Counted from the stretch's first letter, positions 36,661 to 54,047 are shown. The stretch is 64,000 bases of DNA from Octopus sinensis (GCF_006345805.1 NC_043016.1:3782001-3846000); one strand, 5' to 3'. The notes: generated by a model from the sequence alone, not told the origin. Program-made: numbers and translations.

Positions 36661-36707
36661 TATAATTATTATTATTATTATTATTATCATCATCATCATC
36701 ATCATCA

Positions 36708-36740
<33 letters not shown>

Positions 36741-36966
36741 TCGTCGTCGTCGTCGTCATCGTCATCATCTTCATCATCATCATCATCATCATCACCATCA
36801 CCATCATCATCACCATCACCATCATCATCACCACCACCACCACCACCACTACCATCATCATCATCATCATTAATATTATTATTAATATTATTATTATTAT
36901 TATTATTAGTAGTAGTAGTAGTAGTATTACTATTACTATTACTATTAATATTATTATTACTATTAA

Positions 36967-37000
<34 letters not shown>

Positions 37001-37043
37001 GTTGTTGTTGTTGTTGTTACTATTATTGTTGTTGTTGTTGTTG

Positions 37044-37081
<38 letters not shown>

Positions 37082-37179
37082 ATTATTATTATTATATTAT
37101 TATTATTATTATTATTATTATTTTATTATTATTATTATTATTATTATAATCATCATCATTATTATTATTATTATTATTT

Positions 37180-37180
<1 letters not shown>
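36660..37180. repeat. Compound trinucleotide microsatellite (ATT/ATC/GTC/ACC/GTT)
   Basis: Direct reading. Confidence 0.97.
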
Positions 37181-40500
<3,320 letters not shown>

Positions 40501-40503
40501 TTT

Positions 40504-40568
<65 letters not shown>

Positions 40569-40654
40569 GTCATCGTCATCTTAATCGTCATCGTCGTCGT
40601 CGTCATAATCATCATCATCATCATCATTATTGTTATTATCATCATTATTATTTA

Positions 40655-43600
40655 CAGGGGAAGCACGAACAAATAGTGCTTCCCAACATCAACAACAACA
40701 ACAACAACAACACACACTCAAACAACAAAACAACAACAACACTTTCGACACCACTACTGCCACTGCCACACACACAAACACACACAGACACAATTACTCA
40801 ATAAACACAAGAACCAAAAACTAGTGGAGTAGTACTAAAAAACAAAACTAGTACAAATATAACCGATTTCATCATACCCACACAAAACACACCACCAGCA
40901 CACATTCTCACAATAAAAAACATATGATGAAATCAAACAAATATTCCCTAACGATGTGGGATCGCTAGGGAAAAGTTTCTCGAAGAAACTTTATAAAAAC
41001 ATTGTGGAAGCACCCGTGCAAAAGCACAAGGGAGCCACCCCCACCACCAACAACAGTAAGTAGAGCCTTTTTTTTTCTCCTTTTTTTTTCCCCTACTTTT
41101 GAGACATGGCAAATCTTAGAATCGGTTGCTTGAATGTGAGAGGCCTCGGGTCACCTTGGAAACAGGGTCACCTGTTAAACGACCTGAGGTTTCATGATGT
41201 GGATGTAGCAGCCATCAGTGAAACCAGGCTCTCCGACCCGCAGGAACTCGCAGCCCTTTTCGGCGGATACGAGATATTTCTATCTCCGTGTCGGCGGGAG
41301 CGGGCGGTGGTGGTACTGCGGTGTTGTTTCGGAAGGGCCTGGACCTGAAAATAAGGACAGTCTTCTTGGATCCGGAAGGTAAGTTGGTGGTCCTCGACGT
41401 GGACGGTAGTGACGGCGGTGCTTTCAGACTGCTGGCTGCCTACTCCAACAGGAGCAGGGCAGTCGGATTATTTCAAACGTCTGGAAGTTTTCCTGGGAAC
41501 GTCACGCACTCTAGTGCTAGTTGGGGATTGGAACGCTGTCTTAGACGAACGTTTCGATCGGGTGGGCAGGGGAGCGTCTGATAGGAGAGGGGGAGGGTGC
41601 AAGAGCCTCGCCAGCCTACTCGGCCGCTTTCAGCTGTCCGACAGGTTTCGACTAGACAACCCGAATGTGCCAATGTGGACTTGGACAAACCGCATCGGGT
41701 CGTCTAGATCGTACTTAGATAGAGTGTTTTGTAGGCCAGCGGATAAGGACAGCGTAGGGTGTCCACAATTCCACCTAGTCGAATATACGGACCACAAATT
41801 AGTGATCTGTACGGTCGACTTAGATAGGCTACATAGACAGGGACCCGGCTACTGGAAGCTGAACGCGTCATTAACGGCGTGCAAAGCTTATAGAGACCGG
41901 ATTAGTTTACTAGTTAAGCGGGCGCTCACGGGGGCAATCATCAACAACAACTGGTGGTTTGCCCTCAAGAGAGCAATTACAGTAGAGTCGATTAGGTATA
42001 GTAAGACTCTAGCTATTGAACGTAGGAAGAGAGAGCGGGATTTAGTTAAGAAACTAGACGAGGCTCTTGACACTGGCATCGCGACCGACGTGTTGGCGGC
42101 AAGGTTGGCCCTCGACCAACACTTCGACGCCAAACACGAAGGCTGCGTTGTCAGAGCTAAGGCACGTTCGCTAAGCGGGGAGGGGACTAGAGCTGCTCGA
42201 TGGGCCCGCGTGGCGGAGGCGAAGCGAGGCAACAGAGCAACCATTCGGTCTTTGGTGGACCAGAACGGGCACGAGGTTACCCAACCGAAGCAGATGTGTA
42301 CGGTGCTTCAGCGGCACTTTGCTCAACTGTTTGGGACGAGCGGGGACGGACACCAACGGTACAGACTTCGGTGTGTACCTGGATGGCCTACCGCAACTCT
42401 CGGACAGCGAGGCAGAGTGCTGCGAAGGACCGATATCTGCCTGGGAAGTACAGGAAGCGATGAAGAGTTGCACGAGAGGTAGATCGCCGGGTTTGGATGG
42501 TCTGCCCTACGAGCTTTACTTTTCAATGCCAGACTTGTTTGCGGACCTGTTGGCAAACGTCTACTGCAACTGGCAGCAAAACGGGAGAATTCCTGCTTTT
42601 GTCTGTCGAGGGGTGTCTTTGCTAAAGAAGGACCCAAACAAGGGGGGCGTTATAGGGAATTTCCGGCCCATCACTCTGCTCAATGCAGAGTTGAAGATTT
42701 TGGCCAAGGTGCTAGCCAAGAGATTGGCGCTTGTCGCGGACAAGCTGGTCGGCAAGACGCAGACATGCGCCGTGCCGACCAGGTCGATACACGACAACCT
42801 CCATCTCATGCGCTACATCATAGAGAGGTGGGTAACGACGCTGGCGCGGGTGGGGCTTTGATCAACTTGATCAGAGAGTAAAGCCTTCGATAGGGTCGAC
42901 CATCGGTACCTGGCAGCTGTCCTCAGGGCAGCCGGCTTCGGTCCAGTCTTCCGCGGGTGGATCGCTGCTTTATACAGCAACATCTGCTCGGTGATACGGG
43001 TGAACGGTCACCTTTCGGAACCGTTCGACATCTCGCGTTCGGTCCGCCAAGGATGCCCTCTCTCCTCCCTCTTGTACATTTTGACTCTCGAGCCATTACT
43101 GCGCAAGTTGGAGGCTTTGAGGGGTATCCCGCGCGATCTAGGAGGGGAAACAGCGTGTCTGCTTATGCCGACGACGTCACCGTGGTGGTGTCGAGCCACA
43201 GGCACATTGGCCTGATTGGCGAGACGCTAAACCAGTACGAAGCGGTGACAGGGGCAAAGATTAACGCGGAAAAGTCTGTGGGCTTGCAACTGGGCACCTG
43301 GAGAGGCAAGCCATGCTGTCCAACAGCGTCGTAGGGCGCTGGACAGACGGACCCGTTAAACTGCTCGGGGTCTGGTTCGGTCCGGACCTCCAGGTGGATA
43401 AGAACTGGGAAGAGGTGACGAGCAGGGTGGCACGTCTCACCCAGAAATGGGCCGAGAGAAAGCTGTCCCTGAAGGTCGAGCGGAGGTGGCGAATGCGTAC
43501 ATCGCATCCGTCATCTATTACCGCTTGACCGTCGTCCCTTGTCCCGACCGCTGGTTGGCCAAGCTGGTACGTCTGCTCTTCGACTTTTTGTGGAAGGGTC

Positions 43601-44790
43601 AGGTGCCACTGGTCAGGCGATCCATCTGCTGTCAACGACCGCTGAACGGAGGCCTTGGAATGCCGTGGTTGCTGTTGCGCAGACATGCGCTCAGGCTGCG
43701 GCATCTCAAGCGCTTCCTAGACGGTGAACAGGTGTGGTCGTCTTTTGTCAGACGCGATTTTCCGCAGCTCGTCTCTTTGACGGAGCTGCAGACCTGGATC
43801 AAACGTAGACCGAGAAAGGGCGCTTGGCACCTCGAGTGCCGTCAAGCTCTCTCCGCCCTCCGCCAGGCGGGGAATGCGATCGGTTACAGCTCCACTCTAG
43901 CGTTCTATAGAGGGTTAGTGGAGGAAAAATGCGACGACGTTCTCGGGGAAATCTAGGCGTTGAAGATGACGAACTGTGCGGTCTGTTCGGGAGGACTTTC
44001 GGGCCGGGGCCGATGGATAATTTCCAGAGGTCTCTCGCCTGGCAGTGCTACCGAGGGGCTCTGCCTGTTCGAGATAAATTTACCGGCACGGAAGTGCCGT
44101 CAGCCGGGCCTGCCCGAGGTGTTGCCAGGACGACGAAACCGTTCTGCACGCACTCGTCCAGTGCCCGAGTATTGCTGAAATATGGGTTATGTCGAACAGC
44201 TACTGTCACGTGTAGGACGGATCCGACTATCGGCCGAATCCATTGTGAAGATTGCCCCACCGACCTCCTTTAACAAGGAGGGCGAGGCCTGTTTTCTTGT
44301 GCCTAGTGGCTGTGGCGAAAGAGGTCGTGTGGTGGACTCGTTTGAAAGGGCTAAAGACAGACACTTTCCTCTTTGGTCAAGGCCTCATCAACTTTTCAAG
44401 TTTCACTTGAAAAGGAAGATGAGGTTAGAGAGGAAAGTGCTGTCCGATAGCAAGTTTTATGAAAGGTGGGTGAATTGTGCGAGACTGGCCTGTATAAATG
44501 GACCAGTTCTCAGGTTTCGCCTGTGATTTCAAAAAGGTAAACAAAAGGAGAAAAAAGGGGACTCTCTACACCCCCTTTTAGACCAGGCTCCGTTGGCTTT
44601 TGTAGGGTTTTTCCACCAGGAACCTTTCGAAACGTCTCCCCCTTTGGGAGTTTTTCATTGTTTTAATAATCATGTTATAAAGTTTTTTACACGGATTTTT
44701 TTAACAAACGGACAAAACCCTTTGTAACCTTTCGTCCTGTCTTGTCCCTTTATGTAATCATGCGTGTCAGCCCTTGTGGCCAATAAAAAA
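40655..44790 (+). mobile_element. L1/Tx1-clade LINE: ORF1 C-terminal remnant, near-complete ORF2 and 3' UTR with AATAAA
   Basis: The 3' UTR ends in CAATAAAAAAG followed by (ATT)n. The 5' end abuts an (ATC/ATT)n array. Confidence 0.93.
41106..44526 (+). pseudogene. Tx1/L1 ORF2 (APE endonuclease, RT, CCHC), split by frameshifts
   Basis: APE motifs CLNVRGL, ISETRL, GDWNAV, SYLDRVF and TDHK. RT motifs SPGLDGLPYELY, NFRPITLLNAELKILAK, SKAFDRVDH, RQGCPLS and AYADDV. C-terminal CPRCCQDDETVLHALVQC. Confidence 0.95.
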
Positions 44791-44848
44791 GAATTGATTA
44801 TTATTATTATTATTATTATTATTATTTTTGTTGTTGTTGTTGTTATTG

Positions 44849-44894
<46 letters not shown>

Positions 44895-44912
44895 CATCAT
44901 TATTATTATTAT

Positions 44913-45455
44913 GAGTGAGAGAGCAGTACATGCCATCAAAGTGACACTGGGATAAAATATGCGAAGCCCAGTATACCCATCATGACTACCCGTCTGATAA
45001 GGGTACACTAGGCACATGCATCACAACCATATGTGCGCGACATGGTGATCTCATATCAAGATAAACAGCACATGACCTTGCAGTTGGGGCCCAGTTAGAA
45101 TTTTCTTCTGGTCGAGTAACCCATCCCGCTCAAAAGGTTCCTGAATAAGGATGTTGAATGAAACACCCATGTTTCCAGAGGTGAATTATTAAAACCCCAA
45201 AGAATCCCTCTCAACACATGGCTATGATGTTACCCCACTACTTCTGCTCGTGATCAGAGATGCACATATCGTCAGCCACTAAGGGACATGCTCAACTGGT
45301 TATGGTCAAACAACTGACAAGTAAATCTGTGGTATTGAGCAGAATATTTGCTGTAGGCCATCTTTAATACCATGACAAAACAACGTACATGATAACACCT
45401 GCAATCAGTTAAGATCAGAAGCCGTATGAGCCACTACCTGGTACTGAATCAGGAC
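44913..45455 (-). mobile_element. ~550-bp non-coding interspersed element, copy 1
   Basis: High similarity to 55982-56531 and 58850-59400 (inverted here). It ends in CTCTCTCACTC + (AAT)n on the minus strand. Confidence 0.9.
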
Positions 45456-45456
45456 A

Positions 45457-48400
45457 TTTATTATTATTTTTTTTTTCTTTCTTCTTTCAAATTTAGTTCC
45501 ATTTCTTGCCGAGTGTCTTCCCGACTCCTAGGGCAAAGAAACTCATAGTATACATTGGTAGGCCATTAAACCAAACTCAGTAGTTCGTTCATTTTTTTTT
45601 TTTTTTTTTAAGTTAAATAAAATACATGAGCAGCAACAGTTCTCACATCGACAATGCTCTTCTCAATACGTGTGATGTACCAGTTAAGACAATCTTTTGC
45701 ACTTCTTGCAGGGATGGTAAGCCAGGGATCATTCTCATATAATTTTCGGTTCCCTTCTTGATCATTCCTAGTGCTCCTACGATCACTGGTATTGTAACCG
45801 CCTTGAGATGCCACATTTTCTCAATTTCAATGAGTAGGTCTTTATATTTTCTGAGCTTGTCAAACTCTTTCGCTGAGATATTATGATCACAGGGGATGCT
45901 CATGTCGATCAATAAGCAAACTTTATTGTTTTGGTCTTTCACAACAATATCTGGTTTATTGGCCTTGATGGTTCGGTCTGTATGTACTGGAAAGTCCCAC
46001 AGAATGGTTACATTTTCTCCTTCAGTTACAGCCTCAGGGTGGTGATTATACCACTTGTCGGCAGTTTTGATATTGTAATGCCGACTTATTAGCCAGTGGA
46101 GATATTGGCCAACTCTGTCATGTCTTAATTTATACTCCACTGGTGCTAAGACTTTACATCCAGAGATTAGGTGGTCCACTGTTTCAATCATGTCGTTGCA
46201 GAATCGGCATTTTGGGTCTGCTCCATTTTTCATCACATTGGCCTGGTAGTTCCGGGTTAATAGGCTTTGATCTTGAGCAGCCAGGATGAAACCTTCGCTC
46301 TCTGCTTTTAGCCCTGAGCTCCGTAGCCACTGATGGGTTTGCTTCTGGTCAACATCAGCTTGTTTGCTGCGGGTCACATATTTGCCGTGCAGAGGTTTCT
46401 CCTCCCACCTATCAGCCAATTGCTCGTGCGCTTTTTCATTGCCATCATTTTCACCTTCTTTGCAACAATAGTTGCCGTACTTCCCTCGGGTTGTTCAGTT
46501 TGGGTATCCTGCACGAGATCAATAGCAAATTTTTGCTTTCCTTTATGATAGAATGAAGCTTCTTTGTCTCTCGTGATTTTCCACGAGCTTTAGCATCCAG
46601 TCATTCGATATTTCGAGATATTTGGCCAGTCCAATTGTGGTTGTTTTGTAAGCTAGTTCAAATTGGATCAGGCCTCGACCTCCTTGGGCTCTGGGAAGGT
46701 AAAGGCGATCTACGTCTGCCTTTGGGTGGTGCATCCTATTACAACTCAGCAGCTTGCGTATTTTCCTATCTATATTCTTTACTTCACTCATATTCCAGTT
46801 CAACACATTGTAGCTATAAGTAACAACTGGAACTGCTAAGGAATTTATAGCTAACACCTTGTTACGTGCATTTAGTTCAGATTTCAGGACTGCACGAACT
46901 CTCCTATAACATTCCTTCCTGATCTTCTCTTTCATGCTTGCATGCTGAATACCAGAGCCTTCATTTATCCCTAAATATTTGTATGTTTGTTCTTGCTCAA
47001 GCTCTCTTATGACTGTGTCAACATCTAACACGACTGAATTTGTGGTCTTCACTTTCCCTTTCTGGAAAGTGGCCTTGGCACACTTCTCAAGTCCAAACTC
47101 CATCCCGATGTCATCGCTGAATGCTTTCACGGTGCGCAATAGGCCTTCAAGTTCATTATTGTCTTTACCATAAAGTTTTAAGTCATCCATATAAAATAGA
47201 TGGCTTATTTTTTATTGGCAATTTTATACCCATACCCTGTTCTGTTTAATTCACTTGTAAGGGGTATTAGGGCTATGCAGAATATTAAAGGTGAAAGTGA
47301 GTCACCTTGAAAAATTCCACAGTTGATGTTTATATTTTCTGAGGCAAGTACTCCATTAGAGTGGTATAATTGGAGATTCGTATTCCACAACGACATATTG
47401 TGCTTCAGGAAGTTTGAAATCACAGGGGAATTTTGAAGATGTCCAGCGATCTCAAGATCCATGGATGCGGTATACTGTCGAAGGCCTTTTTATAGTCAAT
47501 CCATGCGGTGCTGAGATTTCTGCGCTTGTTGTGACAGTTCTCAAGGATCATACGATTGATTAGCAGTTGATCTTTGCATCCGTAAGAGCCTCGGCGGCAC
47601 CCTTTTTGTTCAATGGGGAAAATATCGTTCTTCTCCATGAATGCATATGTTTTCTCCGCCAGGATAGATGTTAGGATTTTATACGTGGTGGATAGACAGG
47701 TTATAGGCCGATAGTTTTTTGGAAGGTTGGTTTCGTTATTCTTTGGGAGTAGGTAAGTAATGCCACTTGCTAACCATTCAGGTGTTTTCTTTGGGTCTCT
47801 CATAATTCCATTGAGCAGCTGAACTAGCTTACCGTGTGCGCATGGGAGCGATGCGAGCCAGAAATTCGGCACCCTATCTTTACCGGGGGATTTCCAATTA
47901 TGGGCCTTCGTGAGTGCCTTTCTTAGGTCTGCTATTGTGATGTCTTCCCATGCTTGTTGTTGTAAATTTTGGTAGGATCCTTCAGTTTGTATAATCCAGT
48001 CTGCATTTATGTTGTACGTCTTCTTGTCACTCCAAATCCTTTTCCAAAAGTTTTGAACTTCTTCCATGGGAGGGGGGTCTTTAACGGTTACTTTCTCCTT
48101 CCCTATTTCTCTGTAGAATTTTTGGCATTGGATGTGAACAGCTTATTTTGCTTGTAAAACTTGTTTCTCTTCTCAAATCTTCGTATTCTTTGGGCTTTTG
48201 CTTGGACTTTTTGTTTCAGCGTTTCTTTTATTGATATCAGTTCTTCTCTTGGTGAGGATCCAAATTTTCTCTTCATCTTTCTTCCTGTTCTGGATCTTAC
48301 ATCATTTCCACATATTAGTTCATTTAATATTGATATTTCCCCTCTCATAAATTCAATCTCTTTTTCAATTTTACTTCTCCAGGTTTGATTTCTTCCCAGG

Positions 48401-49430
48401 TTTTGTTTTCTTTGTTTTTTCGGGGGCATACAGCTGGTTTCAATTGCCCTAGCAGAAGCGTAAATAATTTCATTTAACTCAGTAAAATCAGGTTTTAATT
48501 CTCGTATTATTTCATTTGTTACATAGTTGCCAATTTGGATTTGTTTTTTATTTTGGTTTGTATTTGAGAGTTTATGAAGTGGTTCTCTATCATTCATACT
48601 TGTATGTCTTACAACTTCAAGCGTATTCAGGATTTTCTGCCTCATTTCTGCCATAGACTCTCTGTGTTCTTCAGCAAATGCGAGATCTTCAGTTACTGTT
48701 GTTTTTTCGTTTTCCTGGCTATCTTTAACAGGTACAATAGAATTTCTTGTATCTTCAGGCCTTTGCGTACTTTGGTCAGATGGCAGTCTTTCAATTAAGC
48801 CTCGTGGCGGGCTATACTGTTCATCTGATTCTTCATTTCCTTTGTGTCTTATATTTATGTCATTTTCCGTTGCGTGCTTGATCGCGCTTATTTCACTGTC
48901 TGTGAGTCTGTTATTTCTAAAGATATCCCTCCTCACATTTGCTAATTTGTGCTCGTCCAAATAGGGCCTACTGTCTTGATTCCGTGTTCTCCATATACTG
49001 TAAGAGTTTGCGGTGTGTCTCTCTTGAGATGGCCTACCTAATGCATAGTAATAAGCGTATATTACTTCTTTATACTCTTCTCGGGTCCATTTGTTCCGCT
49101 TACATTTTTCTTCTGTGGTGGTTGTGGTGGTGAACTTGGAGGGCTCGAGTTGGGGGATTTCCCGTTCAATGACCATCCATGTCCGTATTCGGAGAAGAGT
49201 TTGTGCCAGTTGATGACTTTTCGATCCCAGGCTGGCTCTTCCCTGGGGGACGCGCTTCCAGATTAACCATAGGACAAGCGATTTGGTATACTGATTTAGT
49301 TTTCCTTTTAGTTTCCAAAAACATTTTGGTGCTACGATAATGTTATCATTTTTTAGCTTTGATTGGCTCGTGGGGAGACGGCCATCATTGCCGTTACAAT
49401 TATAATCGTACCATTATAGCAGCCGTAGTC
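45457..49430 (-). mobile_element. Essentially full-length R4/Dong-clade LINE (single ORF of about 1,210 codons, 49270 to 45643, broken by 1-nt frameshifts)
   Basis: Consecutive ORFs 48103..49176, 47420..48067, 47205..47462, 46543..47190 and 45643..46419. They contain NYRPITCL, QKGCR, GIFQGDSLSP, FYMDDL, CRFCNDMIETVDHLISGC and KPDIVV...LIDMSIP...K.KY.DL (PD-D/ExK), followed by a 3' UTR and A/(AAT) tail. Confidence 0.96.
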
Positions 49431-49851
49431 GGCTTATTATTGTTATTATCATCACCATTATTATCACTATCATCATTATCACCACCATACCATCATCATT
49501 ATCATCATCACCATCACCATCATCATCATCAATGATATTGTTTTATGTGTAGTCACAGCAGTATCTTATTATTGTTATTTTTTATCATCATCACCATCAC
49601 AGTAGTGTCTGTCTGTCTCGTTGGCTGGCTTGGTGGTTGGCTGGCTGACTGTCTTCAATGCCAGAGAGTCTTGCCTGTCAAATAATACTTTCATATTTGG
49701 TTAACAATAGAGCGAGTGAGGTTTGTGTTGTTGAACTCTTTGAGTGTGTGTGTGTGTGTTGTAGATAGATAGATTATCAGCACTATTACTATCATTATTG
49801 TCATCATCACCATCATCACCATCACCATCAGTGATTTATCATTATTATTAT

Positions 49852-50995
49852 TTTTTTTTTTTTTTTTAGGTGGGGTCCTATCGGTCAAAAAAAGTTCAGA
49901 TGTTTACTACTATTAGGCTTAAGAAAATTAAGGAAGGGCTGTTCTGTATTGTTTGTGAATAGAGAAGTTGTGTTCGACCAGAGAGAATCTTAGCATCATC
50001 ATTTTTTTTTCCATGTGCGTTTGTGTTATTGCAATAAAAAGTGTTTGTATATTTCGTGTAAGGTAATATTGTGGAGGTTGAAGTTGACTTTTCTAGAGAT
50101 GTTTGTATGTCCAGTTAGAAGAACAGGTGTGTTTTTACAATAAAAAGTATATGTTTACATTTATATTTGAATATTCAGGGAGGAAGCAAAGAAAAGTCAG
50201 ATTTTCATAGAAAGTTTTAGGGTTTTGTAAGTCCACAAAGAAAAGCGTGATGTTTTTAGAGAGAAGAAAAAAAGGATGTTTACAGAGGCAATTGTGGGTA
50301 TCAAAGTTTTTAAAGCTGGTCGAATGTATGATTGAAAACTGTAGATATGTAAATTTGTAAATTTTCTTAACTTATTCTGAAGGGCTGTTCTGTATTATTT
50401 GTGAATAGAGAAGCTGTGTTCGACCAGAGAGAATCTTAGCATCATTATTTTTTCCATGTGCGTTTGTGTTATTGCAATAAAAAGTGTTTGTATATTTCGT
50501 GCAAGGTAATATTGTGGAGGTTGAAGTTGACCCCTCTAGAGATGTTTGTATGTCCAGTTAGAAGAACAGGTGTGTTTTTGCAATAAAAAGTATATGTTTA
50601 CATTTATATTTGAATATTCTGGGAGGAAGGAAGCAAGAAAAGTCAGATTTTCATAGAAAGTTTTAGGGTTTTGCAAGTCCACAAAAAGAAAAGCGTGATG
50701 TTTTTAGAGAGAGAGAAAAAAAAGGGTGCTTACAGAGGCAGTTGTTGGGTATTAAAGTTTTTAAAGCCGATCGGATGTATGTTTGAAAGCTGCAGATATG
50801 TAAATTTGTAAATTTTCTTAACCCACTTTGAAGAGAATTTCAAATACTCACGAGGTATTGTAGATGTTCCAGTCTTTGAGAGTTATTTTTCCCCGTTGCT
50901 AAACAGGTCCATATTAGTGTTTCTATGGCTTTCGGCCACCGAACTGTCAGAGCAGGGAGGAACACGTCCAGCCGCTGTCAAGGCTGGCTCTCCTC
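49852..50995 (-). mobile_element. Non-coding module upstream of the Dong 5' end, copy A, with a 446-bp internal tandem duplication
   Basis: Inverted homolog of 56568-57376. The repeated units start at 49933 and 50379. Confidence 0.85.
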
Positions 50996-51090
<95 letters not shown>

Positions 51091-51129
51091 TATTATTATT
51101 ATTATTATTATTTATTATTATTATTATTA

Positions 51130-51385
51130 TTATCTTTTTTTTCTTCTTCTTTCAAATTTGCTTCCATTTCTTGCCGAGTGTCTTCCCGACTCCTAGGGCA
51201 AAGAGACTCATAGTATACATTGGTAGGCCATTAAACTAAACTCACTAGTTCGTTCATTATTTTATTTTATTTTTTTTAAAGTTAAATTAAAATACATGGG
51301 TAGTAATAGTTCTCACATCGACAATGCTCTTCTCAATACGTGCGATGTACCAGTTAAGACAATATTTTGTACTTCTCGCAGGGAT
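51130..51385 (-). mobile_element. R4/Dong 3' end fragment, same subfamily as 45457-49430
   Basis: LREVQNIVLTGTSHVLRRALSM* plus a 3' UTR nearly identical to 45480-45700. Confidence 0.92.
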
Positions 51386-51442
51386 ATTATTATTATTAGT
51401 GTTGTTGTTGTTGTTGTTGTTGTTGTCGTTGTTGTTGTTGAT

Positions 51443-51479
<37 letters not shown>

Positions 51480-51486
51480 ACATCAA

Positions 51487-51539
<53 letters not shown>

Positions 51540-51559
51540 GTTTCATATACACACAACAG

Positions 51560-52790
51560 ATTTGACTGTTGTAAAAGAAATAAACCTAACATCGGGTTAC
51601 AACAAGTAGCATTCGATGCCAAGAACCCTTCTAAGTATCCCAGCTGTCCCTAAAACCGTTTCTACTAAAGTAGGTTTTATACCTGTTTCCTGTATCCATC
51701 TGTACAAATCTTTATGGATATTTCCCAATGCACCCATAATTACTGGGATACATTTTACCCGCACTTTCCATAGTCTCTTCAATTCAATGGCTTAGTTCTG
51801 GTACTTTGTGATTTTCTCTATACCTCTTATATTGATGTTTTCATCATTTATGACTGTAAAGTCAATTATCTGGCAATTATCTACAACTACTAAATCAGGC
51901 TTCAAGCTTCTATTTCTCTGTTAGTTTGTTAAGTCTCACCACATCTTGTATTTATTACTTTCTAGTACTTTACTAGGTTCATACCATTTCTCAGTATGTT
52001 CAAATCCTAGCTTTCTACGTAAATCCCAGTGGATTACACTCCCTAGCTTGTCATATCTTTTCTTGTATTCCTTCTGTGCCAGCATGCTACATTCACTTAC
52101 TATATGAGTAACGCTTTCCGTTTTTGATTTGCATAAACTACTTTAGGAATCTACTTGGTTTCTTTCTATTTTGGCTTTTATCCAATTAGTTCTTTATGCT
52201 TGAGCTTGTGCTGTTATTAACAAACATTCTATCTACCTTTTTCAGTCTTTCTTTTCGCAACCATATCCATGTCTCACTACTACCATTTGCTGCAACTATC
52301 ATAGGGAATCTACCATGCAACACCTCCTGTCAGTCAGATAATTTATGTTCTTTTTTCTGGTTTTTAACTTCATTTTGGGTTTTTGGTTTCCCTATGCCAT
52401 GCTGTGACTCTATTAGCTTTTAATAAACTTTCTTCCTTATTACCTACATAGGACTCTATATTTACTCTAGCTTACTCCACGCAGTCTTCTACTGATATTA
52501 ACCCACATCCACCTTCCTCACTACTCCTGCATTTGGATGGAGTCCTCTATTCATATTGAATTCCTTCCTAGTTCTTCTGTCTAGCTTTGCTAATTCAGTT
52601 TTTGTCGAATCTACAAAAGCTGCTGCGTACCTACGTACTGACGCTTCCCAAGTATTTACAGCCTTCACTAGATTCTGACCATTTAGCTTTGACTTCATTA
52701 GCTCTCTTACACTTCTGATGCACTCCTTCTCAATTTTCGTTTCCATTTCTATAGTAAGTACTCTGTAAGATTATAGTACTCCTAGATATT
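51560..52790 (-). mobile_element. R4/Dong LINE 3' portion, divergent subfamily
   Basis: ELMKSKLNGQNLVKAVNTW...LDRRTRK and WKVRVKCIPVIMGALG...LGTAGILRRVLGI. Confidence 0.85.
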
Positions 52791-52807
52791 TATAATTCAC
52801 TCCTCCT

Positions 52808-53770
52808 TTGAATAATTTTAAGAGGTTGCACCATGGCTACTCCTTGGCAGTTAATTTCGCTAATATCTTCATGGCGAAATTCGAGACACAGTTACTGAAG
52901 ACATTCAAATCCCTTCATGGTCATGAACCAATACTTTGGTTACGGTTCATTGATGATGTCCTTTTTGTCTGGGAAGGATCACAGGATAGTTTAATTGACT
53001 TATTGCATTTCTGTAAATGTTATGTAAAAGCTATGTCGTTAAGTCCAAATAAAATTTACGTCTAGTTTTTCAAAAACTAGCGTTGAAGTTTTGGACGCAA
53101 AAGTTAAGTTTCCTGGACGCAGAAGAATGACAGAGTTATTTTGCAAACCAACATCTTCCCACAACCTCCACTGCCGCTCCGATCATCCGCTTCATATAAT
53201 TTGGTCCAGTCCAAAATCCCAACATTTTAGGATAAAACAGATTCGTACTGACATTGGGGATTACGAGAAACATGCAAATGCTTTTGTACACTATTATGTG
53301 AAACGTGGTTACAGTGAATCACGACTAAAGAAAAGGCAAATAACATAGCTAAGATTAGCAAAGATAGTCAAACGTTCACACATAGTTTTAGCAAACACAA
53401 TACAATAGATGACAGAATTCCTTTAGGGAAATTTCGCTGGCATTTCATAAGATATTGCATGAAAGTTAACAGCATGTTGTGGAAAAATATCCACATTTCA
53501 AATAAATATTTCCTCAGCTACCTATTATAGCCTTTAGACAGAATAAAAATATAATTAACCTCTCCTTCTGACTCCAATAAAACTAACATTGAAGTATCTG
53601 CACATTGTACCTTGAAAAACAGTTGCAAGACAGGTAAGCGCTGTTCATGGTGCAACAATATGATCCATGGGAATTCTATCAGGAATCATCACAGAAATTT
53701 ATAATTTACACGGAAGCTATGACTTGTAGAGATTCCCATTTGGTGTACACCGCAAAATGCACAAGACACA
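52808..53770 (+). mobile_element. Degenerate PLE (RT C-terminal half, linker, start of GIY-YIG)
   Basis: AVNFANIFMAKFE...PILWLRFIDDVLFVW; LFCKPTSSH...SDHP...RGYS; MTCRDSHLVYTAKC. It is truncated by a microsatellite. Confidence 0.88.
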
Positions 53771-53871
53771 ACTTGATTTCTACTACTACTACTACTACTA
53801 CTACTACTAGTAGTAGTAGTAGTAGTAGTAGTAGTAATGATGATGATGATAATGATAATAATAATAATAAC

Positions 53872-53934
<63 letters not shown>

Positions 53935-53944
53935 GATGATGATG

Positions 53945-53987
<43 letters not shown>

Positions 53988-54003
53988 TAATGATAATAAT
54001 ATT

Positions 54004-54044
<41 letters not shown>

Positions 54045-54047
54045 CAG

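Noticed and set aside
50900-50995. HDV-like ribozyme in the head of the upstream module and in the 5' end of the 550-bp element
   Set aside because: Manual folding could not place P3/L3 or the nested P1.1 pseudoknot, so it is left as an unknown structure.
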